A program made the translations under genes and the position numbers. From positions 558,001-622,000 of the forward strand of contig NW_026782147.1 of NCBI RefSeq assembly GCF_031769215.1: DNA of 64,000 nt, given 5' to 3'. Source of the stretch: Ylistrum balloti (taxonomy: Eukaryota). This document shows positions 12,501-24,500 of the stretch, in pieces (the stretch's first letter is position 1; each line of letters opens with the position of its first letter). The notes beneath the pieces were generated by a model. That model saw only the letters and a program-made list of their open reading frames with translations, was not told the origin of the DNA and searched no databases.

Positions 12501-15500
12501 ACTATCCCAGTATTGCTAAATGATGTTGAAATTTGAGGACTATCCCAATGATGTTGAAATTTGAGGACTATCCCAGTATTGCTAAATGATGTTGAAATTT
12601 GAGGACTATCCCAATGATGTTGAAATTTGAGGACTATCCCAGTATTGCTAAATGATGTTGAAATTTGAGGACTATCCCAATGATGTTGAAATTTGAGGAC
12701 TATCCCAGTATCCCTATAAGTGTTGAAATTTGGATTATCCGAGTTTCCCTATCAGGAGTAGATGTGATACATACTTGAAAGGTCATCATAGAGCTCACTG
12801 GTGGGTCGGTCAGATTCACTGTCTGACCCTGCTGTAGAGGATCGTGAGGCCAGACTCCGTCGCTGCTGAGGAGGCGTTGGAAGCACATACTTGTTGGGTT
12901 TTCTTCCAGACTGTTTTGTTTTTATGCCTGCCTTCCGTGCTGTCTTTATCAAAGTTTTCTTTGCAAAATGTCTGAAGGAAAACGATTTTGTACATTAAGT
13001 AAGAAAAAACGCCGGATAGAACAGTAAAGAATTATTCTGAAATAGGTGATTAAAAACTTTTAATTTCCTAAATTTTGTCCAGTTCTGATCAACCCTGATG
13101 TCAAGAGCTTTTGACAGCATTTATATATGGTGTACTATAAGAAACATTTAACTTCTCATGTCTTCAAATAAATGTTTAAGTATCTGTATCTGTCAAAGTT
13201 TTGTTCCATTGACAGACTTGACCTCCAAGTGTAATATAAATTAGATGTTTGTTTTTATGGTGTATGCTTGACATAATGCTAACATATTACTAAGATTTAG
13301 CCACTCTAGATGTAATCTAACCTATGACCCCAACTATAGGATCTTTGGCTGAAAGCATCTCTTACTTGAGAGAGGCATTTTTTTCCTTGTGTTTGTGTAA
13401 AGGCGTTGGTTGTAGGATTGTCTGGCCAGAGAAGGCGAAGGTGTTGAACACATTGTTAGGGTTGCGGTATTTGTTAGAGAGTTTTCTGAAGGCATCAACG
13501 TCCTCTGGATTCACTTCTTCATCAAAGGCGATCTTCATCAGCTACAGTCACACATTAACATGTTAAAAAGGTTTTATCTCAATTCAAATAATAATATTGA
13601 CATCTGGTGATCAGCATGTTAACATAACAACAGAATAAATATATGAAATGCATGAAATCAGCTGAAGAATGTTTAATTTTAGCAAGGTGCTGGCAAGCTA
13701 AAAACAAACAAGATTTCTTTGGGGCAGAACAATCTACACCCAGCCCATGCCAAAGAGAAATACCTTATCAAATTGAAATGAATATAAATGTGGAAATGAA
13801 ACATTAATTGAAGAATGTTAAACAAATGTTTAATTTGTAATTAATCTTGAAACAGAGGAACAGTTCCCTGTCTTACTAGTGGTATTGTTGTCAGTGTAAG
13901 TCACTATACCTGAAATATATTCGATCTCAGCTGGATGCCATCCTTTGGGAGCTGGTCAATATGGGGAGTGTATTGCAACTTGATCTGTTTCTCCTTGGTG
14001 AGGGTGGACACTGGGAAGTATCGCACTACCACTTGCTCACAAGCTATAACAAGGGAGATAACTCAATTTCTACATCAAAGCAAAATCCATAACAATAAAA
14101 ACGATCAAGATATTCAATGTGAAGCATCTCAAACAAGGTTTATTAAAAATATTTTACAAATTCATCTCTTATTTTAATAAAAATTATAGTAAAACAATTC
14201 CACTTTGTTATAAGCAAGAACTTTATCAATTTTATTAAGAAAATTCCCACAAGTCATGAATGACCCCCTTCAGTACAAACCAAAATCTAATCAGGTGTAG
14301 AAGTTGATGTTACAACACTATGGGATGAATGTGAATCAAATCCAATGAGGAGAGGCTCTTAAAATGTAACAATTATTTAGAATGGGGTTGATAACATTAA
14401 ATGCTCACGAACCCAACAAAATAGCATAAAATTCATTCTACAAAGCATCGTACCCAGAGGATCACAGGGAATGCCCTTAAATATGATTCTGTAGTTAGTG
14501 AGGAAAATGGCTCCCTCGGCTGGCAGTAGACTAGGTCCTCCCATGTTACTTCCCATACCCTCCTCTCGACCATCAGGGAGAAGGTACACTCTCAAACCAT
14601 CCATTACCACCTCTTCTCCTGATAGCAGGGTCGGCTTCAGGATCTTTGGCTGAAAGCATCATACACCTCTTCTTAGACATTTTTTGTTTTTAGTACATAT
14701 GCTTATCAAGTATGACACAAAAGCAAATTTTAAATTCATGTCTGATGTTTTCATCTAATGACGGCAGGGAAAGAGAGGTATTGTGAAACTTTTCATATAC
14801 ATAACTATGAACTCATATCTACAAGATACAAAAAGTGATACAGCTTGGAGTTAATGTCCTGTACAGTCTTTATTTTCAATGGTTCAAATTTTCAAAAACA
14901 CTCAAAAAAACCCATATCTTTCTCAAAAGTCAAGAAAAAGACTTTACTTTTGTCAGTTAATTCTATTTTTTTGAGTTCTATTTGTCATAATTTATTCCAT
15001 TCTCTACAATTACAAGAAAACCAGAACCCTCTAAAAAAGACAACATACACAGTGCCCTGTCTCTGCCTTCTTACCTTCTGTATGGGAGGTAGACGCTTGC
15101 TCTCCCTGTGGACTGCCTCCAGTGTTTCAATATGCATGGCCACCACACCTGTAGGAAAACAATGGGTTTTGTTTAAGACGTTTCTACTTAGATTGTTCTG
15201 ATGTTATTTGTCTTCTGTGATATTTGCTGTTTCAGATTTGTTTTCACATTGAACATCTCTATTGAAAAAAGTGGTAAGATAAATAAAAATATGAGGACAA
15301 GTAATCATACAGACTTTATATCAGATATTTCTGAAGTAACAGCTGTCCAACTACTTGGTAACCATAATAAGATTTTATCAAGCAAGTATACGATAATCTA
15401 TTTCTCAAAAACTGTCCTTCCCTAAATTCCTAACCCCAAGTATTCATTGTCTTCCTTTGGCTAATTTGTGTCATCCTTAAAACCCATAGCCCCAAACCAA

Positions 15501-18500
15501 TATAATATGATGTGTCTACCTGGAACCATCTGGTGCAGAGCCTTAATGTGGTCTTGAGTCACGCCACTATCATTGCACACTTTGTCGACAAATCTTGTCA
15601 CAAATCGCACCACAGTCGCTCCAACATCAGAAATCTCTGTCTCGTCAAATCCACTCTCGGCATCAATACTGTCACTCTCCGCCAGACTGAAAATTCAATT
15701 TCTTCTGGTAAATATTTACCTCATTATACAGCTTGGACATTTTTTTACAGCAAAGAGAAAAGTAGCATAACACGGAATACATGTATGGTACAATTCATCT
15801 TCCAGGAAAAAAAATGTAGAAAACACAGATGTTCAGTGTAACATGTAATGACCTATCATCTCCATTGCTGCTGTGAAGTAAGTGTCATCTCCATTGCTGC
15901 TGTGAAGTAAGTGTAAGTTTGAATGTTTTTTTGACACTCAAGAGAATTTAGTAAGTAGCATAACATGTAATAGCTTTTTACTATTGTATAATGCATGGTT
16001 CTTATTTAATAAACCATTACCTACATAATGGTGTCCTTAGGGATTTTTCTGAATATTCTGTGAAATTGTATGTTTTGACATCCAAGCTTTCACTCAAGAC
16101 CATTTCAGGATCCTTTTAAGCAAGTTTGAGTTGGATTCCATAAGTGGAGTTTGAAAAAGGATTTTTGTCGTAAAAAATCATGTTAGTCCAATCATCAAAA
16201 TGGCTGCCTATTTTTTATCAGCAAACCACTTATCTGACAGTGACACATGTATCTCTGTTGACAGTACTAAGCTGACAGTGATACATGTATCTCTGTTGAC
16301 AGTACAAACCTGACAGTGATACATGTATCTCTGTTGACAGTACAAACCTGGCAGTGATACATGTATCTCTGTTGACAGTACAAACCTGACAGTGATACAT
16401 GCATCTCTGTTGACAGTACTAACCTGACAGTGATACATGTATTACTGTTGACAGTACTAACCTGGCAGTGATACATGTATTACTGTTGACAGTACTAACC
16501 TGGCAGTGATACATGTATTACTGTTGACAGAACTAACCTGGCAGTGATACATGTATTATTGTTGACAGTACAAACCTGACAGTGAAACATGTATTACTGT
16601 TGACAGTACAAACATGACAGTGACACAAGTATCTCTGCTGACAGTACAAACCTGGCAGTGATACATGCATTACTGTTGACAGTACTAACCTTAAAGTGAT
16701 ACATGTATTGCTGTTGACAGTACTAACCTGACAGTGATACATGTATCTCTGTTGACAGTACAAACCTGGTGGTAATACATGTATCTCTGTTGACAGTACT
16801 AGCCTGGCAGTGATACATGTATTACTGTTGACAGTACTAGCCTGGCAGTGATACATGTATTACTGTTGACAGTACTAACCTGTTGGTAATACATGTATCT
16901 CTGTTGACAGTACTAACCTGGCAGTGATACATGTATTACTGTTGACAGTACTAACCTGACAGTGATACATGTATTACTGTTGACAGTACTAACCTGACAG
17001 TGATACATGTATTACTGTTGACAGTACTAACCTGGCAGTGATGTTGCTATTACTGTTGCTCTCCCAGTCGTGTGGTGAGAGGGTTTTGATGGGTTTGGTT
17101 GTCTCTAAGGGAACTCTCATGTACACCATCCTATTGCTGTAGTGGATAGCTTGACTATACACTGTTGACTCTTCGTTATTTGTCATCTCAAGCTGCTGCT
17201 CGGGGCTCAGGGTCGGCCATATTCTTAGCTGCAATATAAAGATGTTTGAGAAATCAGTTCTGTAATATAAAAATGTAGCATAATTTAAGACCCACTGAAC
17301 CGTTCTAACCAGGTTACATGAAAAAATCTCAAGTGTCATTCCACAGTGCTGATATAATGGTAAGGCCAATTGTAAGATCTTTCAGTTCACAATCACATGA
17401 TTAAATTAAAATAAAAATTACAATTGTGAAATCATGTGGTCATGAACCACAAGTTTTGATCTTGCTTTAGGGAGCTATGGACTGAAAACACTAAAGCACA
17501 ATAGATAAATGGAACATTCACCTGTTCAGCAGCAATCTCCAGTGCCCCAATCTGTCTGGGTTTGAAGCCTGAGAGTCGTCTCTGTGCATCTGGTGTTGTA
17601 GATGAGCCACGATAAGATGGTACATTCAATTCATCATCCTGAAAGAAATGAGGAAAACCCAGATGTAGAGCCTTACGTAGGTGTAATGACCTATCATCGC
17701 CATTGATGCTGTGACATGAGTGTATGGCCAACTTACTATTTTCATATCAAAGGGCCAGAGGCACTGAAGAGCATTAGATTACAATTGCTTATCTGGATTT
17801 AAATTGGTCACCAATTAAACAAAACAAGGTATGCCGGGGCTTACATAGATGTTACCCCTACCCCCAAATTCCATCTATTTATTTCCCGAAAAATAAAGTG
17901 TCCCTTTGACCCTCTATACAGCAGAGGTATACAGTACATACATTTCTGTACTGGGGCGGGCTGTAAGAACTGTCACGTTTCTTTTCCATTATCATGTGTT
18001 CTTCGTACTGGGGTAGATACAGCTGTTTAATCTGTTTCTGGACGTCCTGGTAGAAGGCAGCCTCCCAGAATTGCTGATTCGACCAGACTGGATGCTCCTG
18101 TACCAGTGTGTAGGCAAACTGGATCACCCCTGTACAAAGTTTCTGTAAAACACAGCATCGTTAGACATTAACGTGAAACACCACATCTATCATTGGTAAT
18201 ATTGAGACCATTTCTGTCTGTTTTAATTGAGTGTAAAACACAGCACCGCTGGACATTAACGTGAAACACCACATCTATCATTGGTAATATTGAGACCATT
18301 TCTGTCTGTTTTAATCAAGGTGAACATTTGTTGTTCACAGATTATATAATAAATTATACTGAATGAGAACAACCTACTTATCTTTGACCGGTCCTCCACA
18401 ATGATTAACAACTATACTTCAAAGTTTGAGACTACAAATGTGATCAAGGAAACGTTCACAAGCTATTAAAATAAATCATGAACCACCGACATTCAGCACT

Positions 18501-21500
18501 GGGGCTGAACTACTACGACTGGACAAGAAGTCTTTGAAGACATATTTGGCAGTTTTCATTGGACATCTTTATACTGAATTAGACAGGATGTCAGAACATT
18601 TAGGAGCTTGATATGTCACATTTCAGGACCATAACATGTAGTTTAAACCAAGCTGAACTGTAGGTGTTTTTTAAAAGTTAAAAGAGGAGAGGTAGCTAAA
18701 GTAAGGATTGTACAATCGTATTTAGAGGATGTTATGCCTCCAACAGTAGGAGACAGCTAATCAGACTTTATACTTACCCGACAAAAGGAGGTAGCTAGAG
18801 GAAGGATGGCTGCTGCAATTCCATTTTCATCCATGCTAGAGTCATTCTGGTGTCCAAAAGAAACAAAAACACATAAATGTAATGCTATGTAAAAATAACA
18901 CATGATCAACTGCTTCTGGTTATACTGAGAGATCATCAATTTTTGTGGGGTTTTTATTTTTGTCATTTCATGTGTACTCTATATCAACAAATTCATAAGT
19001 CCACAAACTCTTAAAATTTGTATAAGCAGATTTATTGAGATATATCTTTGTCCACAAATTACAGTATTTTTTTGAAAACCACAAAATTGAGCCTCAAGAA
19101 ATAGATGATTTTACAGTATATATGTAATTCATACCAACACGTCAAAGTTCAAAGACCAAATACCAAACTACAAGTCAAAGTTCAAAGACCAAATACCAAA
19201 CTACAAGTCAAAGTTCAAAGACCAAATACCAAACTACAAGTCAAAGTTCAAAGACCAAATACCAAACTACAAGTCAAAGTTCAAAGACCAAATACCAAAC
19301 TACAAGTCAAAGTTCAAAGACCAAATACCAAACTACAAGTCAAAGTTCAAAGACCAAACTACAAGTCAAAGTTCAAAGACCAAATACCAAACTACAAGTC
19401 AAAGTTCAAAGACCAAATACCAAACTACAAGTCAAAGTTCAAAGACCAAATATCAAACTACAAGTCAAAGTTCAAAGACCAAATACCAATCTACAAGTCA
19501 AAGTTCAAAGACCAAATACCAATCTACAAGTCAAAGTTCAAAGACCAAATACCAAACTACAAGTCAAAGTTCAAAGACCAAATACCCAACTATGTTGAGA
19601 TCTGTAGTACAGTGTTGAGGGAGCATACTGACCTGTAGAGCACAGTTGAGGAGTTTTACGACTAGATCAAACTGTTGGTGCTCCAGCATGGCTCTGTTGC
19701 TGCGTATGTGGTAGCTCAGTTCCTGTGTTAGACTTAGACGAGCCACTCGGCTCTTCAGGGCACGCAGCACTGCTGGGAATATCTGTAACAAGGGTATCAG
19801 TAAAACTGATGAATGCTCTCCGACAGAAGGGTGGATGGACAGACACACAAAGCAGCAAGTATATGTTTTACTCAAAAATTTTCGGGGAGCATAAAAAATT
19901 AACAGAGCTTAGAAAGTATAAATATGTTCTAGACTTTTGTCTGAATTATCAGATGTATTAAACTTGCGAAATTATTTTAATTATGCAGCTAGTGCACCTC
20001 CCCATATAATTTTTGACATTTCTTTTGATCAATTTTAATTTTGCCCAAATTGCTTAAATTTCAAATTTTAGGCCCTTAGCATTTCTGAGGAGTCCTAGAG
20101 GGATGAAACTGCTGTATGTTGCAGTTCAGTCCTTAATTTGGCTCTACTGAATCCGATTCTAAATACTTATTGAAAGGTGCAATTCGCTTGTGTATCTTTC
20201 ATAAGATCTTGAGCTAATAAACTCAGCAAGCTAAAGATAATATATATGTATGTTCACTTTAATTTTGTTTTTCTCAAAAAGTATTGAAATTTATCTACAT
20301 TAATCAAAATCCATACACACTGCCAATGACCAGGAGATTTTAATAGATCTGATAATTTATGAAATAGGCGAAGATTGTTGTGAGGTAAGTACAAATATCT
20401 TGTTGTAAACATCATAGATAGGATATCACTTACAATTCTTGCATCTGTGATTTTATTCTCAAAGATGAAGGTGACACAATTGCGTAGGACCTCGAGACGT
20501 CGGGCATTGTTGTCCACAATTCTGAGTCTGTCAGTGATGAGGGTAATGGTTGGACCTATCGGTACTATTCTCAGCTGTGGTGGCCGTAAGTTATTGAACC
20601 TGTGTGAAAGAAGAACATCAACTATCACAGGGATGGGTCAGACGGTGTGAAGTTAGTCAAAATGGTGTGTATTGGTTGGAATGGTATAATGTACAAGGAT
20701 GGCGTGTCATTGGTTGGAAATTTATAGCTTAAACAGAATTGGGTACGGTTGGATGGTATGGTGTATTGTTTGTTAGGATGGGTGTGGTTGGATGGTGTGG
20801 TATATTGTCAGGATGGGTGTGGTTGGATGGTATGGTATATTGTTTGTCAGGATGGGTGTGGTTGGATGGTATGGTATATTGTTTGTCAGGATGGGTGTGG
20901 TTGGATGGTATGGTATATTGTTTGTCAGGATGGGTGTGGTTGGATGGTATGCTATATTGTCACGATGGGTGTGGTTGGTAGGAAAGATATATTAGTTGTC
21001 AGGATGGGTGTGGTTGGTGAGAATGATATATTATTTGTCAGGATAGAAGTTGTTTGTTTGGATGGTATATTGTTTTTGCGACAAATGTGCTTGGTTGGGT
21101 TGGTATATTATTTGTCGACCAATTGAACTAAAAATGCAGCTAACCACGGTCTTGGAATCATAAATTAACTGAAAATTAGCAGTCTAAGAATTAATTTTTT
21201 CAAAAACAAATCATCAAAACTTTCGACAAAAAATAGATATCAGTACATTTCAATATGATCTATTCGAACAAATGTCTGTCTGATACTAATTTCTACCAAA
21301 AGTAGATACATACTTGGTCTTGACAGGTTGTTTGTGTACACCTTCATCAATGATCTTCTGTACATGTGCCCAGTCCAGATAAGGAAATGGAGGCTGATGT
21401 ATACGTGAATATGCTCCCTCAGTGGGCTTGGGTACCTTCTGTACGTATGGTTGTGGGTTAGGACACTCCTGCAAAACAAAGTGCAAAGTCCAATTAAAAT

Positions 21501-24500
21501 AGTTTTTACAGACGCATGTTACAAAAATCCACATCATCATGTTTCAACGAAGACATTTGGACATAGGATATTGACTGAAATAAGAAGAAGCTGCCAAAAG
21601 GCCTTAACAGTCACACAAGTCCTGATACACTGTCAAAAGGCCTTAACAGTCACACAAGTCCTGATACACTGTCAAAAGGCCTTAACAGTCACACAAGTCC
21701 TGATACACTGTCAAAAGGCCTTAACAGTCACACAAGTCCTGATACACTGTCAAAAGGCCTTAACAGTCACACAAGTCCTGATACACTGTCAAAAGGCCTT
21801 AACAGTCACACAAGTCCTGATACACTCAAGGTTTTTATATTCAATGGTCAAATTTCTACAATTGTCACAAAAGTTTGAAGCCAAATGGATGTATTTTTCA
21901 CTTGAGCATTTATGGAACATGGATATAGTGTTTATTTTTTAATCTTATTCAATCCTTTAATACAGCAGAAATAAAACCCATAAAAATAACAATTATGACA
22001 GCAATGTCTTATATGATGTAATATGATTATTTTGTAGATGAGTGAAGACTATCAATACTAAAGCTCATATCAAAGGCAAATAGAAAGAAAGACCCTGCTA
22101 GCCACCAAACTAATGATGTAAATATTTCTAAATCTGCTTGAATCATTACCAATTGAAACTTGATAAAATGTATCTGAGAGTGTTATTTTCCTTTATAAAC
22201 TAAGGTACAGTTTACTTAACCCAGGACCCCCTCTACCCTCAACCCCATCCCCATCCCAAACCTTATGAACTTTTGGTGTCGGTTGGAGTATTTTATGTAG
22301 TGATGTCAAACCACCATCTTGTTACAAAGTATAGACTGCTGTTTGTACTTCAGGTTCTTTTCAAATATAAACTGATGATGGCACTCTTTGTTGAAATATG
22401 TCAACCTTACTATAAATTTGCTAATAACTCCACTAAAATCAACAGATGCTACCTACTGTTAATCGAGTACTGTAAACCAACTTATTTTCACAACCATTTA
22501 ATTTCACAACATACAGTCATAAATCTGGATGTTACGAAGCGTAAATTATCATTAATATATTAAATCATTATTATTTTACTACATGTATTATACATCAGTC
22601 ATCCGTCAGTCGACTAGAAACATAAACCCAAATTTACATGTAAAAGGCCTACTGTACCTGTGATGGAAACTATTTTGTGAATTTTAATCCCAACCACCCC
22701 CACAAAATAATACACAAATTTAATTGCGTGCGAAATTAAGGTCCACAGTATTTGTTACGTATTTATCCAACTCTCTCCCATTTAACCGCATGTTTATCTT
22801 ACATTGGTATGAAGCTGTTTGGCGATTTCCTTGATGTTACTCATTGTTTTTTCTGGGTCATTCACTTCTTCCTTCAGCTGTTCCTGTAGAACGGCATACA
22901 CCTACCAAACAACAAGCAAGTGTCAATATGGCTGCCTTGTACACATGCCAGTAAAACATATGGGGCAGTAGAACTAAAAAGATTTGTTTTCATTTTCAGT
23001 CGCAGTTTCATCTTTTCTTTCTTTCCTTTCAAACAAAATATTTCAAGTATTACCTATATTCTTCCAAGGATAGCAAACATTTCAAAGAAAGAAAGAAAGT
23101 AAAAAAAAACATCAAATTAATTCTATTCAACAGCATTGTTTCTAGAATTGTGTATGTTAAGTTTTGTAATACTGGAATATTCCTAATTTCAAATGAAAAA
23201 TGAAGAAAAAAAAATTATACTAGTAAGAATGACAGATTTTGACTGACCTCATCAAATATGTCACAGACTCGGTATGGCGGTCCACGCTCTGCTACAAAGC
23301 CTCCAAACGCCATGGCATCCAGAACACGAATTAGGAAATCATCTTCCACCATCCCTTTGTGACCTAGGAAGTTTGCCTAAACCCAAGAAATTTCAGGGGA
23401 TGATTTCCATACGACTTTATTAATGCAAGGAAATGTCTAAGGAATCAAATAGATAAATGAATGTTGTTAAGGTTTTACGATTTTATTGTAATTTTTGCAT
23501 TTTTATCAAAAACTGATAAATTTTCATCACCAAAGTCATGAAATGGGCAATGGCTTCATGCTTCAAGGAATCTATCTTTTGTTTGTTTTTTGTGTCCTAA
23601 AAGACAGTAAAAATAGAAGCCTTTTAATAAACAGAGATGAGATATACTATACCTTATGAAAGGTTATAAATGCTTCAGGATGAATGCGAATCAGTGTGAG
23701 GCAAGTTCTGTATCCAGCAAAAACTTCAGCAAACATACGAATGAATATTGCACGGATTTCTTTGTCCTGAAAAGTATCAGATCGACAAAATACAATACAT
23801 GATTTTCTCCTCCTCTTCTGAGAGTCGAGCATCTCTCGGGGTAGACATTCAATCAGTTATGTTCACTGCAATCTGTCAGTTTGTGGGATAAGTTTAATGT
23901 CACTATATAGTTGTTGTAAGATAATTTCAACTTTTGAGTTTATATTTCCAATGTTTGTTAGTGTTAATGTGTGAAAGTATAATCAACTTGTTTAGCTTGA
24001 CACTACCTACGCTACATGTGACAATCCTAACAGTAACAAAAATTTTGTAATTAGCAGAGGGACAGAATGAGTTAACTCACCTTTTGTTCTAATGAGGCAG
24101 GCTTCTTCGGAGATGGGGCAGGAAATGCATGGTCAGCCATGAGTAGGTCTGGGTTCAAAACCTGTTGTTTATAAGCACAAAAACATCATTAATCAACACT
24201 TGTTATTTACAATTAACACTTGTCGTTCAGAGTCAACATTTGTTTACAGACAACACTTGTCATTCAGAGTTAACACTTGTTTACAGACAACACTTGTCGT
24301 TCAGAGTTAACACTTGTTTACAGACAACACTTGTCATTCAGAGTCAACACTTGTTTACAGACAACACTTGTCATTCAGAGTCAACACTTGTTTACAGACA
24401 ACACTTGTCATTCAGAGTTAACACTTGTTTACAGACAACACTTGTCATTCAGAGTTAACACTTGTTTACAGACAACACTTGTCATTCAGAGTTAACACTT

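Noticed and set aside
19141-19590. 33-bp array read as decoy acceptors on the coding strand (TTTGACTTGTAG)
   Set aside because: T-rich units ending in AG are expected by chance, and the unit is not derived from any exon junction.
20742-21826. Two 39-bp arrays flanking exon 13
   Set aside because: They share a period but have no sequence similarity in either orientation, so this is treated as coincidence.
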